64,000 bases of DNA from assembly GCA_000934665.2 (NCBI GenBank), contig KZ538057.1:1-64000 (forward strand), read 5' to 3'. The notes beneath the pieces were generated by a model that saw only the letters and a list, made by a program, of their open reading frames with translations, did not search any database and had not been told where the DNA came from. Shown in pieces: positions 13,001 through 24,700 of the stretch. The position numbers and the translations under genes were made by a program. The DNA comes from Catajapyx aquilonaris (lineage: Eukaryota). Position 1 is the stretch's first letter, and every line of letters starts with the position of its first letter.

Positions 13001-16000
13001 CACAAAAGAAACATGCAGTGGACAACTCTAACATGCCCACGCTCGACCAAGCTCGCAGACTCAATTTGAATTTCATCCCTTTTGTCCAAGGAGAGTTCAA
13101 AACATCTTGAGAATCTGATCGCAACCAAAGAACGAATAAGTCTTGATCCAGCAGCACTTGCACATTTCTCATCGTGTAACGCAGTAGTGACTCGAAACCA
13201 TTTGCTGTGGCGCTTGTTACCAAATGCACCGTACAATAACCAACTTTGTTCCTGGAGTATGATTCCAGTTCCAATTCTGGTCGTGGTTGTTCATCAGAAG
13301 CACCAGTCAACTGGATTGCTGTCAAGTAATCTTCATTCAGTCGGGTCAAAAGCCACAGAAACGGAGAAATGTGAAAGTCGTGCGACAACACCAACGTGCA
13401 ATTGGGATAATGCCTCTTCATTCCATACAGGAATGATGACACCACATAAATGTCGTCTTCATCGGGAGTAGTTCCTTTCTGGAACCTCTTTGTCGACACT
13501 AACACGAAAAGGGCTAAAGTCCACAACAAGTACGCACTTGGACCCCGCATGTCTGCTAGTTTTCGCCAGGTAGGAGGTATTATTTACGACGTTTAGTCTA
13601 CAAACAACGCGTATATATTGCGACCGCGTAGTGGTCAACACTGTCCCTAAATACACTCTGCAGGTACTCAGTGGCGTGTTGCAGACGGTGTACAGTACAT
13701 TAAGAATTCAAGCGGTTATACCAATGTGCTTGAGAGCCTGTACTTCGATGAATGTATACGATATGATTTGATGGAAATGCCGTGCATTGTAGATAAGAGT
13801 TGCGGAAATGCGTGTGTTCTTTGAGCTCCAAACCCCTATTGAATACGTGCAATATCAGAAGAGTACTATCGATGAAGATGTATTATACAGTATGCACAGC
13901 AAATGGTAAAAGTACTTCAGGTTCGTAAATGTCAGAATAAATATACATTGCAATTATTCGTGATAATAGGGTACATCACAGACCTCCTCAAACTTAAGAT
14001 CCGCGGAATGTTTCAATACACAAATTATAACACCTCATTTGACACCTCTTCTGTAAATAAGCAAATAACTCGAGGAGAAACCCTGCCAAGCACAGAATGT
14101 ACCCTGCCAGAAGAAGTAAAAACGGACCAAAAAGCTTCTTAAGGGTGAGCTTCGTAGGCTTTTCTTCACCCCCACCTCCTCCCTCTTCACCAAAGTCTTC
14201 CTCCGTCTCTTCAAAATCCGTGTTTGATTCAGCAGCTCTCTTGCGATCAGCCACAACAGCTCTCATATGAGTCATATATGCGTGGTTGTCCACGAGATTG
14301 AAGATGATTCCTCCTTCCATCAACCCCATCAAGGCATCATTGTAAGTCTTTCGTATGACGGCTTCTTTCGGAAAAACGGCGTAGGTGTAGATGAAGAAGG
14401 CCGTGTGTGGTGCAATGACGAAGGGTATGTGTCCTCGACGGTCAGTTGCGCCTTGTCTAGCGGACATCAATGGTATTGAGAAACTGATGCAGGCCCATTT
14501 ATCCTGCAAGCCTCTCTGCACACACTCGTGCTCATCCTTCACCAGCATTGCCTCGTCGACCAGCCGCTTGTACATGGAGAGGTTAGCCATGGCCACAAAC
14601 TCTTGGAACATCACCGAATGTCCAAAAGGCATCGCCCAATCATACTCGGATTCTAGTAAGGCATGAAACGAGTCAGGAACTCTCTCTCGAACTGGGATTG
14701 TGACAAATGCAAAAAGCATCTCCTGGTAGCCGCAGGATATGACAATGGCAAAAAACAGCCAGAATAGCATGAAAGCCTTGGCTCCGTCAGCTGGTGGGAC
14801 TTCCTTGTTAGGAAGCTGTTCGACGAATGAACGGGAACAATACTGCAACGCGTATGCGATCAGGCTTGCAGTTGAAAGACGGCCTGCGGATGGTTCGCCG
14901 GATATTTTGGCTTTACTTCCTGCTTTGATGAGCAAGCCCATGATCACTGCTGATACAAATAGTGACACGGTAATAAGAAGCCACATCCCTGGAGTATAGG
15001 GCCAAATGATGGTAGCCCATGCCACGAGGGGTGAGGCTGTCTTGCTGCCGAAGGCCATCCACAAGTACAAAAAAGGGTATGAAGTATCAACAAACTGCAT
15101 ATTCTCTCCAATAGCTCTCGAAAAAATGGCATAGTCGCACTTCCCTTGCAGCACGTGATCGACCATACCTATCCAGCTGCCGTTCTCTCGACGTCGCTCC
15201 AGCATTTCTCCAAGGTCGATCATGTACGAATGAGGTACAAAGTTCATCTTTCTGCTAATGTGGTACAAGATTCCGTGACGAAGTGTCAATCCAATGAATC
15301 CTTCTGCCTCCAAGATGCGATGCACGTCTGCCATGTCGAAAGTGACAAAATTTGAAATCTTCAAAGTTTTCCCATGCAAATTTTTAGTCATGTCAGGATA
15401 CAACTTCGACACCGCCTTAGGTGATCCCAAAGAATAACTTGTTAATGGCATCAAAGTGGCATTCCCCTCCTGGCAAAATGAACAAACGGTTGACAAATTC
15501 AACACTAGGCCACCTGAACCTGATGCTGTCTGAATTGCTATCTTCCACTTCAACCCACTTGCCCATTGAGACAAAAGTTCACGATTGACATCTCCAGATC
15601 TCTGCCACATGACAAAGTAGTCCTCGTCCAATTGCACCTTCAATTGTCTCACAGCATAATGAAACAGCGGCTTCATACCCTCCTCATGAGCCGAAGTGAT
15701 CAGGACCATCAGACAAGGTGCAATCTTGAACCTGGAACGAGCGGCCAATTCCTGTTCTCTGCTCAGTTCTTGCACCTTCTCACCTTTGATCGAAATAGCT
15801 ATTCGATAGTTCATCTGCAACATCCTTATCAACCATGCTAGCCTATGGTTTTCAAAGTCGTGAACCAATAACAACGAACATGATGGAAAATTCTCCATCA
15901 AGTCATACATCAAGTGAGAGGTTATCACATGCGACATTTCCAGACTGTCATTCAAAGTTGACAGCATGTACGACTTGGCTGTCAGCGCCATAACGAAGAA

Positions 16001-19000
16001 CATGAGACAAACACCCCGCATAGTTGCGTAACAAGTCACTGAAGCATGGAAGCTAACTGCAGAAATTCGAAAATATAATATTGATACCGAATATTACAGG
16101 GTGCTAATCCTCGATCATGCAATTCCTCATCAAACTGTCACTTTCCAGTTTCCCCATTACCACGGTGCGACCAGAATTCCACCTGTGTCATTCAAATGTC
16201 ACATAACAAGGAATCGCTTTTTAAATTGTCTGCATCCCATATTCACCGTTCACAAGGAGAGTTTCAAGTGTCACTCACGAGCGTTGCATTTATAGTCATG
16301 ATGCCACTCAAATATTTAGTTCACTGTTGCCTGTTTTGGCCTGAAATTATTTAGCACTGAAGATGATCGCATCCTCTCGATAACTCCCCCTTGAACTATC
16401 GCAACATTTTGTGAATTAGAATTAAATTTAAGAACGTTCGAAAGAGAATTGTTCTCCTACCAGAAGACAATTACCAACTAATGGTTTCCTTCTCCCTATA
16501 CTAGTTTTGGCATTTCCCCCTAATAAGCACTCTGTACACTCATTATTTCATTCAATTTTCAGCATTGTTTTCACAGATTGTGAGATACTGCCAATTGGCG
16601 TCGTAAGCACTCAAGAGGGCATTAAAAATTAAACAGATGTGACTATATAGCCTGCTTTTAATTCCCACTAGCGGTATAGTTAAACATACACCACAATTCA
16701 CCTGTATATCCCCCAGTTTTGTCGTTTCGCTTGTCAAGGTGGTAATTTTACAGGGAGACACTAAGTGACCTACGGAAGGCAGGTAGGTGGAGAGTACCAG
16801 GATTGATTTTTCCACGTGCCACAGTATATTTTACTGGAAGTTGTTCATAATAAATGTAGTTGAAAAAGCTTTGTCTTATCTCTGCCGGTATCGCGAAAAT
16901 CAACATTGAAATTCGAACATTTCACATAATATAAAATCGCCACAAGAAGTGCTTGAAACCTTAAATTGGAAATTATAGGTACAATGCTTGAGATTAGGAG
17001 TTGCGTATTGTTTACTAAAAGTGACATTTAAAAAATAATTATTTGAAATTGCAACACTAGTTACTCAGGTTAAACCGCCTTTAAGTGGGGTAATGAACAA
17101 CTATTCTGGACACATTAATTTCATTCAATGCTTCAATGAACAATATTGATAACTCTCAACATCCTGGCATCCCATATGGCGATTTTAAATCGGAATAGTT
17201 GCAGAATTGAGAATTCAATTTGGAACCACTGCTGTAGAGCATGACAATCATTTCAGCGTTTAAAAAAATTCCCAGTGTTCACACAACACTCACTTCAGTC
17301 CTCGATGTTTCGAAAAAATTACTTTGTCACAACAAAATAAAAATAATTGTTTATTTTGTCACAAGAATATAACCTACCACGAAGATTAGATCTATACCTC
17401 CGAGAAGGTAATCGATCAGTTCGGAAAATGGGGACAGAATTTCATAGTGCATAGTTATACCTTAGCAACAAAAGCGACTGTACTCTACAACACTGTATAA
17501 TGCATCGCCGATGTGATGGACCCATCCTATTACTTATTTATCTCACTCTATCCCGTTTGCGCTTACAGAACCGGCATACTACAGACGCAAAGTCGAATAT
17601 TGCCATACTTCCTACACTTTTCCACATGACAAGTAGTCCGCATGATCTAGTGAGCTCCCAATAAATTCCTCTGGTGTACCAAGTTTTCACGACCTTTCCA
17701 ACTTGAACAACAAATTTCGTCTTCGATTCAGAATGTATAACCGCCTCTCCCTCGTCATAAACTCAGAAGTTTGGAAATGGCATCACAAAGCAAAGTTATT
17801 CGCCCGGATCCTTCGGAAAAGTTCGGAAAGCAGTTGCAAGTCAATAACACGAGCTGTCACTTCTAGTGCTGTTGGGGCCGAGCTCACAATAAAACTTAAC
17901 TTTAGCTAATGGGTTTGGTAAGCTCCTTTCCAATCAACAAGTTTTTATAATTGGTCCAAATTTTAATAAATTTACCATGCACTACCGGTACCTCTTAAAG
18001 CTGGTACAACGTGAACACAACCTTAGTTTTGATAAATGTGCTCTATAAAGTTATGAGCATATTATTAAAGGTAAAAGAAAGCCTTGATATGTAAAATGAG
18101 GTTAAACTTATAAAATCCTCCAATCCATAGCCCACTTTCCCTGTAAATTCCATATTACTTCAAGACACAAAAAAGTAACACAACCATTGCATTTAAGTTT
18201 ACAACTACACCCTTCTTTCAGTAGCACAATGCCTCACTATCATAAAAAATTACACATTAATAATGTGTCATTGTTTTAAGTCTGGTGCCAGAAGTAGGGC
18301 ACTATAGTTCCATGTTTACAGCATATCCTTCCTAGGCAGTCCGTTACTTTGTGAACACATTCCTGACACAGTATTTGCAGCAAATGTGAGAAATCAACAA
18401 GAACGTGCTAAAAATACTAGTGAAAGTGGTACAGTAATATATTTACACACTCGTGGTGGCATCCAATCATTATGATACCAGGCATCACCAGTACAAATTC
18501 TACCAGAAGTTACAAATGTGCAGTAACATTTGAATATTTTGGGAAGCGGCAACACATGCTTACTCATGTTACTAGAATCTTTTCACTTGCAAAACAATTT
18601 GCAAAATATCACATAAGGAGTGAACACACAAAACCGCACTTATCCATATGTTTAAATACGGTATTATTTTGTAAAATCTTATTAATCCACTAAATACGAG
18701 ATGGAAATGCAAGCTGAACGGCTTTTGTACATGAAACTGCCACTTGCAATGTATAATGTAAATCAATTCATGCATCGAAATGCATCATAAAACTTGCTTC
18801 CAAGTGACGAGTGGACACAGACAAACCTTATCCAAGACACTCACGTTCAGTGAGTGTCTTGGATAAGGTTTGTCTGTGTCCACTCGTCACTTGCATGCAA
18901 AGAGAATAAGAAGTTTCCTACCTGGGAAGTGCTACTTTGATGCCCAGGATGCCATACTTCTCTGACAGGAATGACTTCGGTAGGGAATTGGAACGTTGCT

Positions 19001-21792
19001 GCATCAGAGGAACATGGTGCTGCTTATTGCAAGGATAGGGTCCATTAGGCTCACACGGTTCACTGGTACACTCTGCTTTGTCACATTGTGGATGTTCCAG
19101 AGGACTGTTCTGAGTTGGAATCATTGCTTCAGCACTGCAGTCAGCACAAGTTTTCTCCTCACTGGCATGTTGATTCACACAGGCGTCTTCATACAAATTA
19201 TGTTCTCCATTAGCAACTGCATTGTTAGGTTCTTGCCCTGACACTGCATCTACTTTTGTTTCATTGGGGTCAACCAACTTCTTTCTGGAAACTTGGCATG
19301 GTCTGCTGCTTTTTGCAGTTAAAGAGGTCACACCTTTTGATGGCGTTTTCAAGCCTGTTGAATCTGATTCTGGCAATGCCACATAAAAAGATGCACTGCT
19401 TCCTCTGGGAGAAACCCCCTTGGTAGGGACGCGTTGAACCTTATTTCTGGACCTCACTGCAATTCCACTAGCCGTCTTTCTTGCTTGCTGTTCCTGTACA
19501 CGTGCTTCTCCAGCACTTTTCCTTCTGACTGTCGGTGATGGTATCCCATTAGGAACACGCAAGCTTGTGCTTCTCTGGTAAGCTGTTCTTGAAGTGCCAG
19601 CCACACTTGCAGTACTAGTGTTATGGTGAGAAGTTACAGGCACAGGAAGCATGCTGGGTTTCCCACCTGATGGTGGCATGTGTGATGACACACTCTTTCG
19701 CGGAACACCTACCAATCCTTTTGAGTCTTTTGTATCTTGTGCACTTTGATTCTTTGGTCCTGACTGCCTGGACTGGTATCTCCTAGTGGCTTGTGGAGGA
19801 TCCCTTACACTGACACTTCTCTTTGCTTGGGTTCGGGGACTTGAGCCCTGGCTTCCCACAGACCACCTGCTTGAAGCAGATGATTCTGACAGTCGCCTAC
19901 CGATGCTCAAAGACTCAGAACTTTGGGTTCGGCTGCTGGCAGGAGAGACTGTGCAATTGGAAAATGTCCTCCTTGCAGCACTTGCGGCTCTCGGTTTTAC
20001 ACTGGATGCAGTTGGAGCTCCACCTGGCTTCGGCAAATTGCAACCTGAGGCAGCAGGAGATTCTCTAGTGGCAGGACTGATCTGCCGTGACTTGTCAGCA
20101 GTACCAGTCTTAATTTTAGGAGGAGTGACACGTGAAGGTCTTTGAATACTAGATGATGGCTTGTGTTTCCCATCTTGACTTTGCTGCTTGCATGCCTTTG
20201 GTGCAACATTCTGACCATTCATACACACTGTTTCATTCCTGCTCTTTGGACAGTCCACTGCAGGAGCTGGCTGTTGCGGCAAATCATCTGGTGTGGCAAG
20301 AGACAGTCTGAGGCCTTTTGGGGTAGGAGAATCATATGTGGGGGTAGTAGGAGAATGGATTGGACTAGGCGCTTCATTTGGTAAAGGCATCTGGGACAAG
20401 GTTTTCCCTGAGGAATGATATTGCAAGGTAGGTGATTCACCACAGGCACAAACATTTGTTTCAGGCACCTGCATGCTAATCTTGACCGGTTTGGTAATAA
20501 CTTCATCGGCATCAGAAGGATAAATTATTGTAATATCTCTCGGTGAATAAATAGGAGATGGAATTTGCACCGTACAAGTCCCTTCATCAACTTCATCACT
20601 TGCGCTCTTTTCAGGTGTGAAAAATTGCAACATTTCAAACATTTTTCTTCCAGTATCACTTGAACTTCGTTTGACTACACCTGGTTGTGGAATGTCAACT
20701 ACTGCTGGCAAAGCAATACTTGGACCTTGCTTGGGTCCTGATATGCCAGGAATACTGTCATCATGGGGAGTATGAGTGTCAGCACCTTCTCTTTCAGTCA
20801 CATTCACAATTTTATCCGCATGGCCTATTGTGTGAATGTCATTCAATATCTGAGTCCTACTGACACTGTTCTGTCCACAGTCCTTATTGTGCAACTCTTG
20901 ATCCTTCCCAGGACTGCTCCCATTACTGGCTGGGTAATTATCCCAAGTGTCATATTTTGGAGGCTCTGGAGAGTGAATTACTGCAGGCGAACTCCAACCA
21001 CCAGTGCCTGTTTCCAGTGGTCCTGTCCTGACAAGCTGAGCCCTAAAATAAAACAAATGTTAGAAACAGATCCCATCTCAAGGCTGCCGGTCATAAAATC
21101 ACTTCCTAGAAAGGGCCATTTGCAACCCAACCCTGCTAGTAGGACTCCTCAAGGTATTGCGGGTTTATCCCTATTGAAGACAGTAATAAATAATAATCAT
21201 AAAGCTGCAATGGATTTAACAGCATGCATTGCATCATTGCAAGTACTGTATAAATAACATCCTGATTGTTTCCAAAAAAATGGTAAAACTTATGTACACC
21301 AGTTCCACAAAAAAATTCATACTGAACATGTTTCTGTTACATGCACTGGCTGGCCTAAATAAAAGTTTCATAACAGGCAAGTTACTGCTATATCCAGTGT
21401 CTGTTATGCACAGGTTTCAGTGTAGTTCATTACAAAAATAAGTCCTGACACAGTGTATATTTTCAAAGCAACAACCAGCCCGAAAAAGATATGTTGAACA
21501 CATGCATCTTGTCCTTATATTGAACCCTTTCGACTTTGAGTAGCTATGTAGTGATTGCTACATTTTAATGCCATTACCTCTCGAAAACCAAGTGTTCAAT
21601 ATTGGTGTAGCTCGGATCATCCTGGAAGTCCAGCCTCCTCTTGCTCCGACCTTGCTGAGATTTGGACTTGGGCCTGGTCTTGATACTCTGTGCCAACCGA
21701 AGCAGCCGAGCCTTATCCTTCAACCTGGACTCCGGAGGGGGATCAGACATCGGGTAGGACCGCGGGCTCGGAGACCTCCAAAAGTCCCCCAT
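1003..21792 (-). CDS. SPATA13: SH3-DH-PH Rho guanine nucleotide exchange factor (SPATA13/Asef2/ARHGEF4 family; Drosophila RhoGEF3-like), long isoform
   Basis: Phase-consistent GT-AG exons: 21578-21792, 18922-21042, 6079-6178, 5903-6009, 5680-5828, 5394-5619, 5089-5191, 4475-4827, 4325-4404, 4039-4217, 3795-3974 (SH3: [25 protein letters not shown]...WFPASFVR), 3499-3687, 3258-3437 and 2807-3169 ([41 protein letters not shown]), 2245-2731 ([16 protein letters not shown]), 1003-1268. The choice of last exon and the linkage of the far 5' exons are inferred. Confidence 0.88.
9362..9546 (-). CDS. Alternative first coding exon of the RhoGEF ([11 protein letters not shown]...SSEAE)
   Basis: ATG at 9546, open to a phase-2 donor GA|GTACGT at 9361, in frame with the common acceptor at 6178. 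Upstream acceptor near 9581. Confidence 0.5.
10144..10217 (-). CDS. Alternative first coding exon of the RhoGEF ([24 protein letters not shown])
   Basis: GCCATGG Kozak-like start, and a phase-2 donor AG|GTATCG at 10143, in frame with the exon at 6178. Confidence 0.5.
11556..13550 (-). CDS. Divergent ionotropic receptor (variant iGluR chemoreceptor), intronless, 664 aa
   Basis: Signal peptide, NLGG, S1 segment ([19 protein letters not shown]), M1 ([14 protein letters not shown]), [24 protein letters not shown] (SYTANL-equivalent), and a final TM ([16 protein letters not shown]). Confidence 0.9.
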   Translation of the reverse strand: MRGPSAYLLWTLALFVLVSTKRFQKGTTPDEDDIYVVSSFLYGMKRHYPNCTLVLSHDFHISPFLWLLTRLNEDYLTAIQLTGASDEQPRPELELESYSRNKVGYCTVHLVTSATANGFESLLRYTMRNVQVLLDQDLFVLWLRSDSQDVLNSPWTKGMKFKLSLRAWSSVGMLELSTACFFCAENSKTIIMPAYLGDDTYFKVVDLFPDMTTNLGGKELRVAYVRELDYENLNSVYKGKGHRAMSGDGLVFYLISRKMNFVFVPDPFDPTEMLESRRPNGTFIGTVDHLLRHTCDIAFMSRSSEESMPFIDLSSQVYFSPVAFVTGRPNVVTSWGAIVWSYSYGLWILIFLTLLLSSFVLAVLLKTDFTCPDAVRAQSFTSLFLFTVNSCSRALIEQNPREEFPEGDAPRLFLLFWLYFAMVISCGYQEMLFSFLTIPVYEPLPLEFSDLPLLKYTTGVPYGHGLLFQMYVDKAGIQLYTDMFAANEQFADEWDCMRVSVTKKQACISFSLIFEAFSSLYVNMEGQKLLIIAPAKEFFTYYSSGLRKDALIRNTYNDALQGIIEGGFIIHFIKVGSYEKFREGLAKARAGETSFGIIESDGEQVRSLTLSKLCGAFLLLVVGWTIGVSLFLLQKMYRLIQNCFRHCYARFRVQQPYNCTNFMM
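13994..16021 (-). CDS. Divergent ionotropic receptor, intronless, tandem paralog (~675 aa from ATG at 16021)
   Basis: Same architecture as its neighbour: MRG start, [75 protein letters not shown]. The ORF-track start at 16039 is not an ATG. Confidence 0.9.
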   Translation of the reverse strand: MRGVCLMFFVMALTAKSYMLSTLNDSLEMSHVITSHLMYDLMENFPSCSLLLVHDFENHRLAWLIRMLQMNYRIAISIKGEKVQELSREQELAARSRFKIAPCLMVLITSAHEEGMKPLFHYAVRQLKVQLDEDYFVMWQRSGDVNRELLSQWASGLKWKIAIQTASGSGGLVLNLSTVCSFCQEGNATLMPLTSYSLGSPKAVSKLYPDMTKNLHGKTLKISNFVTFDMADVHRILEAEGFIGLTLRHGILYHISRKMNFVPHSYMIDLGEMLERRRENGSWIGMVDHVLQGKCDYAIFSRAIGENMQFVDTSYPFLYLWMAFGSKTASPLVAWATIIWPYTPGMWLLITVSLFVSAVIMGLLIKAGSKAKISGEPSAGRLSTASLIAYALQYCSRSFVEQLPNKEVPPADGAKAFMLFWLFFAIVISCGYQEMLFAFVTIPVRERVPDSFHALLESEYDWAMPFGHSVMFQEFVAMANLSMYKRLVDEAMLVKDEHECVQRGLQDKWACISFSIPLMSARQGATDRRGHIPFVIAPHTAFFIYTYAVFPKEAVIRKTYNDALMGLMEGGIIFNLVDNHAYMTHMRAVVADRKRAAESNTDFEETEEDFGEEGGGGGEEKPTKLTLKKLFGPFLLLLAGYILCLAGFLLELFAYLQKRCQMRCYNLCIETFRGS
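16550..17770 (-). pseudogene. Possible heavily decayed third IR copy
   Basis: Collinear fragments in different frames: [24 protein letters not shown] (~17560-17680), SNLRGR (~17385), a hydrophobic stretch (~16920-17000) and CLTIP (~16680). ccacatgacaagtagtcc at 17622 matches IR2 15605 with one indel. Confidence 0.4.
18801..18893. repeat. Perfect 44-bp inverted repeat with 5-nt loop
   Basis: 18801-18844 is the exact reverse complement of 18850-18893; the loop is gttca. Confidence 0.95.
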
Positions 21793-24700
21793 GTCAAGCA
21801 GTCCTCACCTACAAAGTAAGAAAACATCACTATCTCTCACACATGGCCCCAACAGTGCATAACAGCCCCCCAATCACCTTCAGGCACATGTAGGTCACTC
21901 CTTTGATAAATAAATCCCAAAAAAGGACCAAATGGCAATGTGATTGTCCCAGTTCTCACCCAGGTCACGTGCGTCCTCGGGCCAGAACTAATTGCCAGAA
22001 CATAAAGTTCCCTTTCCTTCTCTTCCATTCTGTCCGAAACTTTCCTTCCGCTGGAATGAATGGGCTGTAGTTCCTACATCAAACAATCCTCCAGTTCTCA
22101 AGAGGCTTTTAAATGCAAGTTTAGTAGAGAACGTTACTGGATTAAACTCTCGGAGCTCTTCGCAACTTTGAACCTACAGAAACTTGAGCAAATATTTTTT
22201 TTTCTCCAGCCCTTTCGATACAATGTATAATCCCCCAAATGAGTTACCACGTCGAAATGGGAAAAGTCGTCGCTCCAAAGTAACCCGGTTTCTATGATGG
22301 GAGGCAACAAACTGCAAACGACACTGCCGCTTCACTTAACGCACGCATTGATTTCCAATAACCCTTGAAAGTCTCTCCATAACCTACCCTTACCAAACTC
22401 GAGATGGCGAAAATAACCTTAGAGCACAATATTATCTGCCAATCCCCGCCAAGCTAACTGGATCTGTAAATCAGCCAGATTGCCGGAGTAATTACTTTTT
22501 TGGGCTGCATGTAGCGTCGTAAAAATATCGGGATCGCAAAAATGTAGCCGGCCTGATCGTATTTTTTATGGGCATTCATTAAATTACGACCGAAACGTGC
22601 TTTTCATGCAGTGTACCGTGAGTAATGTATATTCCAGATATTGTTTATTTTGCAGGTCCGTATGGTTTCCAAGAGGCTATAGATCGCATTTTGTCAAGGC
22701 TATTCGCAGGATATCCTTCGATAAGCGTAGGTTACACACAGCTGATAGTCGATCCCAACGTACGTTATAATCCTAAGAAAGTGCTATTCTGCAAATTCCA
22801 TGAAAATTAATTAACTTTGCGTCATTCTATCGTGATCGCGCTATTACAGAGTTTGGACAGCTTCTGTTCGGTTACTTCCACAATTTCCTTTCAAAACTCA
22901 AACATTGACAGCCCGAAGTTTTGACTCGGCAGTGACGATAGTCCTCTTGGAGCAACGACCTGTTGGAATGTCGTCAAGTTTTGCTGTGAAAAAACCCCCC
23001 CCCCCCCCACTTGCCTTATGGGCCCACCGTGAAAAATCGTCTCACAAGTCAGTGAGTCATCCTCATATCTCCCCGAAATATCGCCCCCCAAAAAACTCCA
23101 AAGTTGGGGACCATTACATATTTCAAACAGACGCCCCTGGCCTACAAACGACCCACCTTCGCCATTATTTGATATCTCACCCTGGTTGTCTATCATCTTT
23201 TATGGCCTTGGTTCCTGCTACTAGCTCCAGCAAAACTTGAGGTCAACCCCAAGAAGTCATGGGGTTGCACGAAGAAGAAACCCGCTTTCCCTGTATGTGC
23301 GTATACCCGTTTTTAAAAAAGACGATAGGGACGTTCCAGTTGGCACATGGTATGGAGAAAAACGATTGTGCAGTTATGGCCATGTAAGTACATAAAAAAA
23401 GGTGCACTGAAGTGATCATCTTCATCAGAGTACTCAAGCGCAGCTTCAAATTACTTTATCTCACTACAGCACCGTTGCACCAAATTCCGTATCACTTCGA
23501 GGGCGCATCAAATGAAGGTGGTTCCGTTGCTTTTTCCTGACACGATCAGGGTTCACTTCCGGGGTCAGGACCACTCTGAATAGATAAACTGATAGTTCCG
23601 TCTGAATCATTCAATTACTCTGCAAAATTTGAAATTTAATTAATCCCTCGATTAAGCATTAATTATTCATGGTATCGGTATCATAAATAGCACATATGTA
23701 CCCTGCAGGCTTATATCCAGTGTGGCTGATAGGACACTCTTTTTTATATAACTAACCTGCTTCGATTGGGCCAATGTACACACAATTTCATGTTAGAGAA
23801 AAGCACTCGGGAGACATTTGCGAGTGTCGTGACACAGCCAATATGAAAGCAACCGCAATTCGGTGTCCCCAAAGTGCCTCGCTTTTGTGGGAGCGACAAT
23901 TTGCTATGAGAAAGGATAGGTCCTTGAGGACATCCTACTTTGTAGGATATATTGCAAACGCAATATTTGACCACAATAGGTTCCAAATCCGCGGAGAATA
24001 CACGCTTCCTCCACTAACATGTTAGCATTTCTTTCGTTCCCCCACATTTATTCAGTTTAAATCCGAATAACTGTCAAGATATACGTGAGTAGCTTATTCT
24101 TAGGATGTTGTTTTATGCCTCATAAAAAGCCATGTTGCATGAACATAAACTCAGTTAATCTAAGATTATCTTCGGTATTCGCAATATATTAATCAGATAT
24201 TTTCTCTTAAGTTGTTATGACAGGGCCTTAAAAATACTTGATTCGAAGCAGCTTTCAACAAACAATCTGTAGCCTGCCTTATCAAATTACAAAACTCTTA
24301 ACGCATCCACAAAATGGCCTGTTTCAGCACTTGGAAGTCGGAACTTCGATCGAACTGATAGAGTTCTCCAATCCATGTTACTTTCTGGAAGTGAATGAGA
24401 ACACGTTCCCTCGAGTTTGTCCTCCTTCCTTATCTGAATACAAAAAATCTTTTACCTTTTCCGAGGGAAAAAAAGACATTCGTTCGGCACGTTCGATAGT
24501 CGACAATGATCGATTATGTAACATCGAGGTAGTTGTATTGTCCCGTTCAACAATGTTGACAACTTGAAAGGGGAATAAAGGATCAAACAACAAGGCAATG
24601 CGGCACAAATATAAGTCCGGGACAGTAATTTATCACTTTAGCAAATATGAAAACCTATGTGATTAGTTTTGCTAGCACTAATAAACATGAAACGTTCCAT

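Noticed and set aside
24382..24563. Exon-like open segment on the minus strand with acceptor and donor
   Set aside because: Splicing to the 21808 acceptor gives an immediate stop; at most a 5' UTR exon, unsupported.
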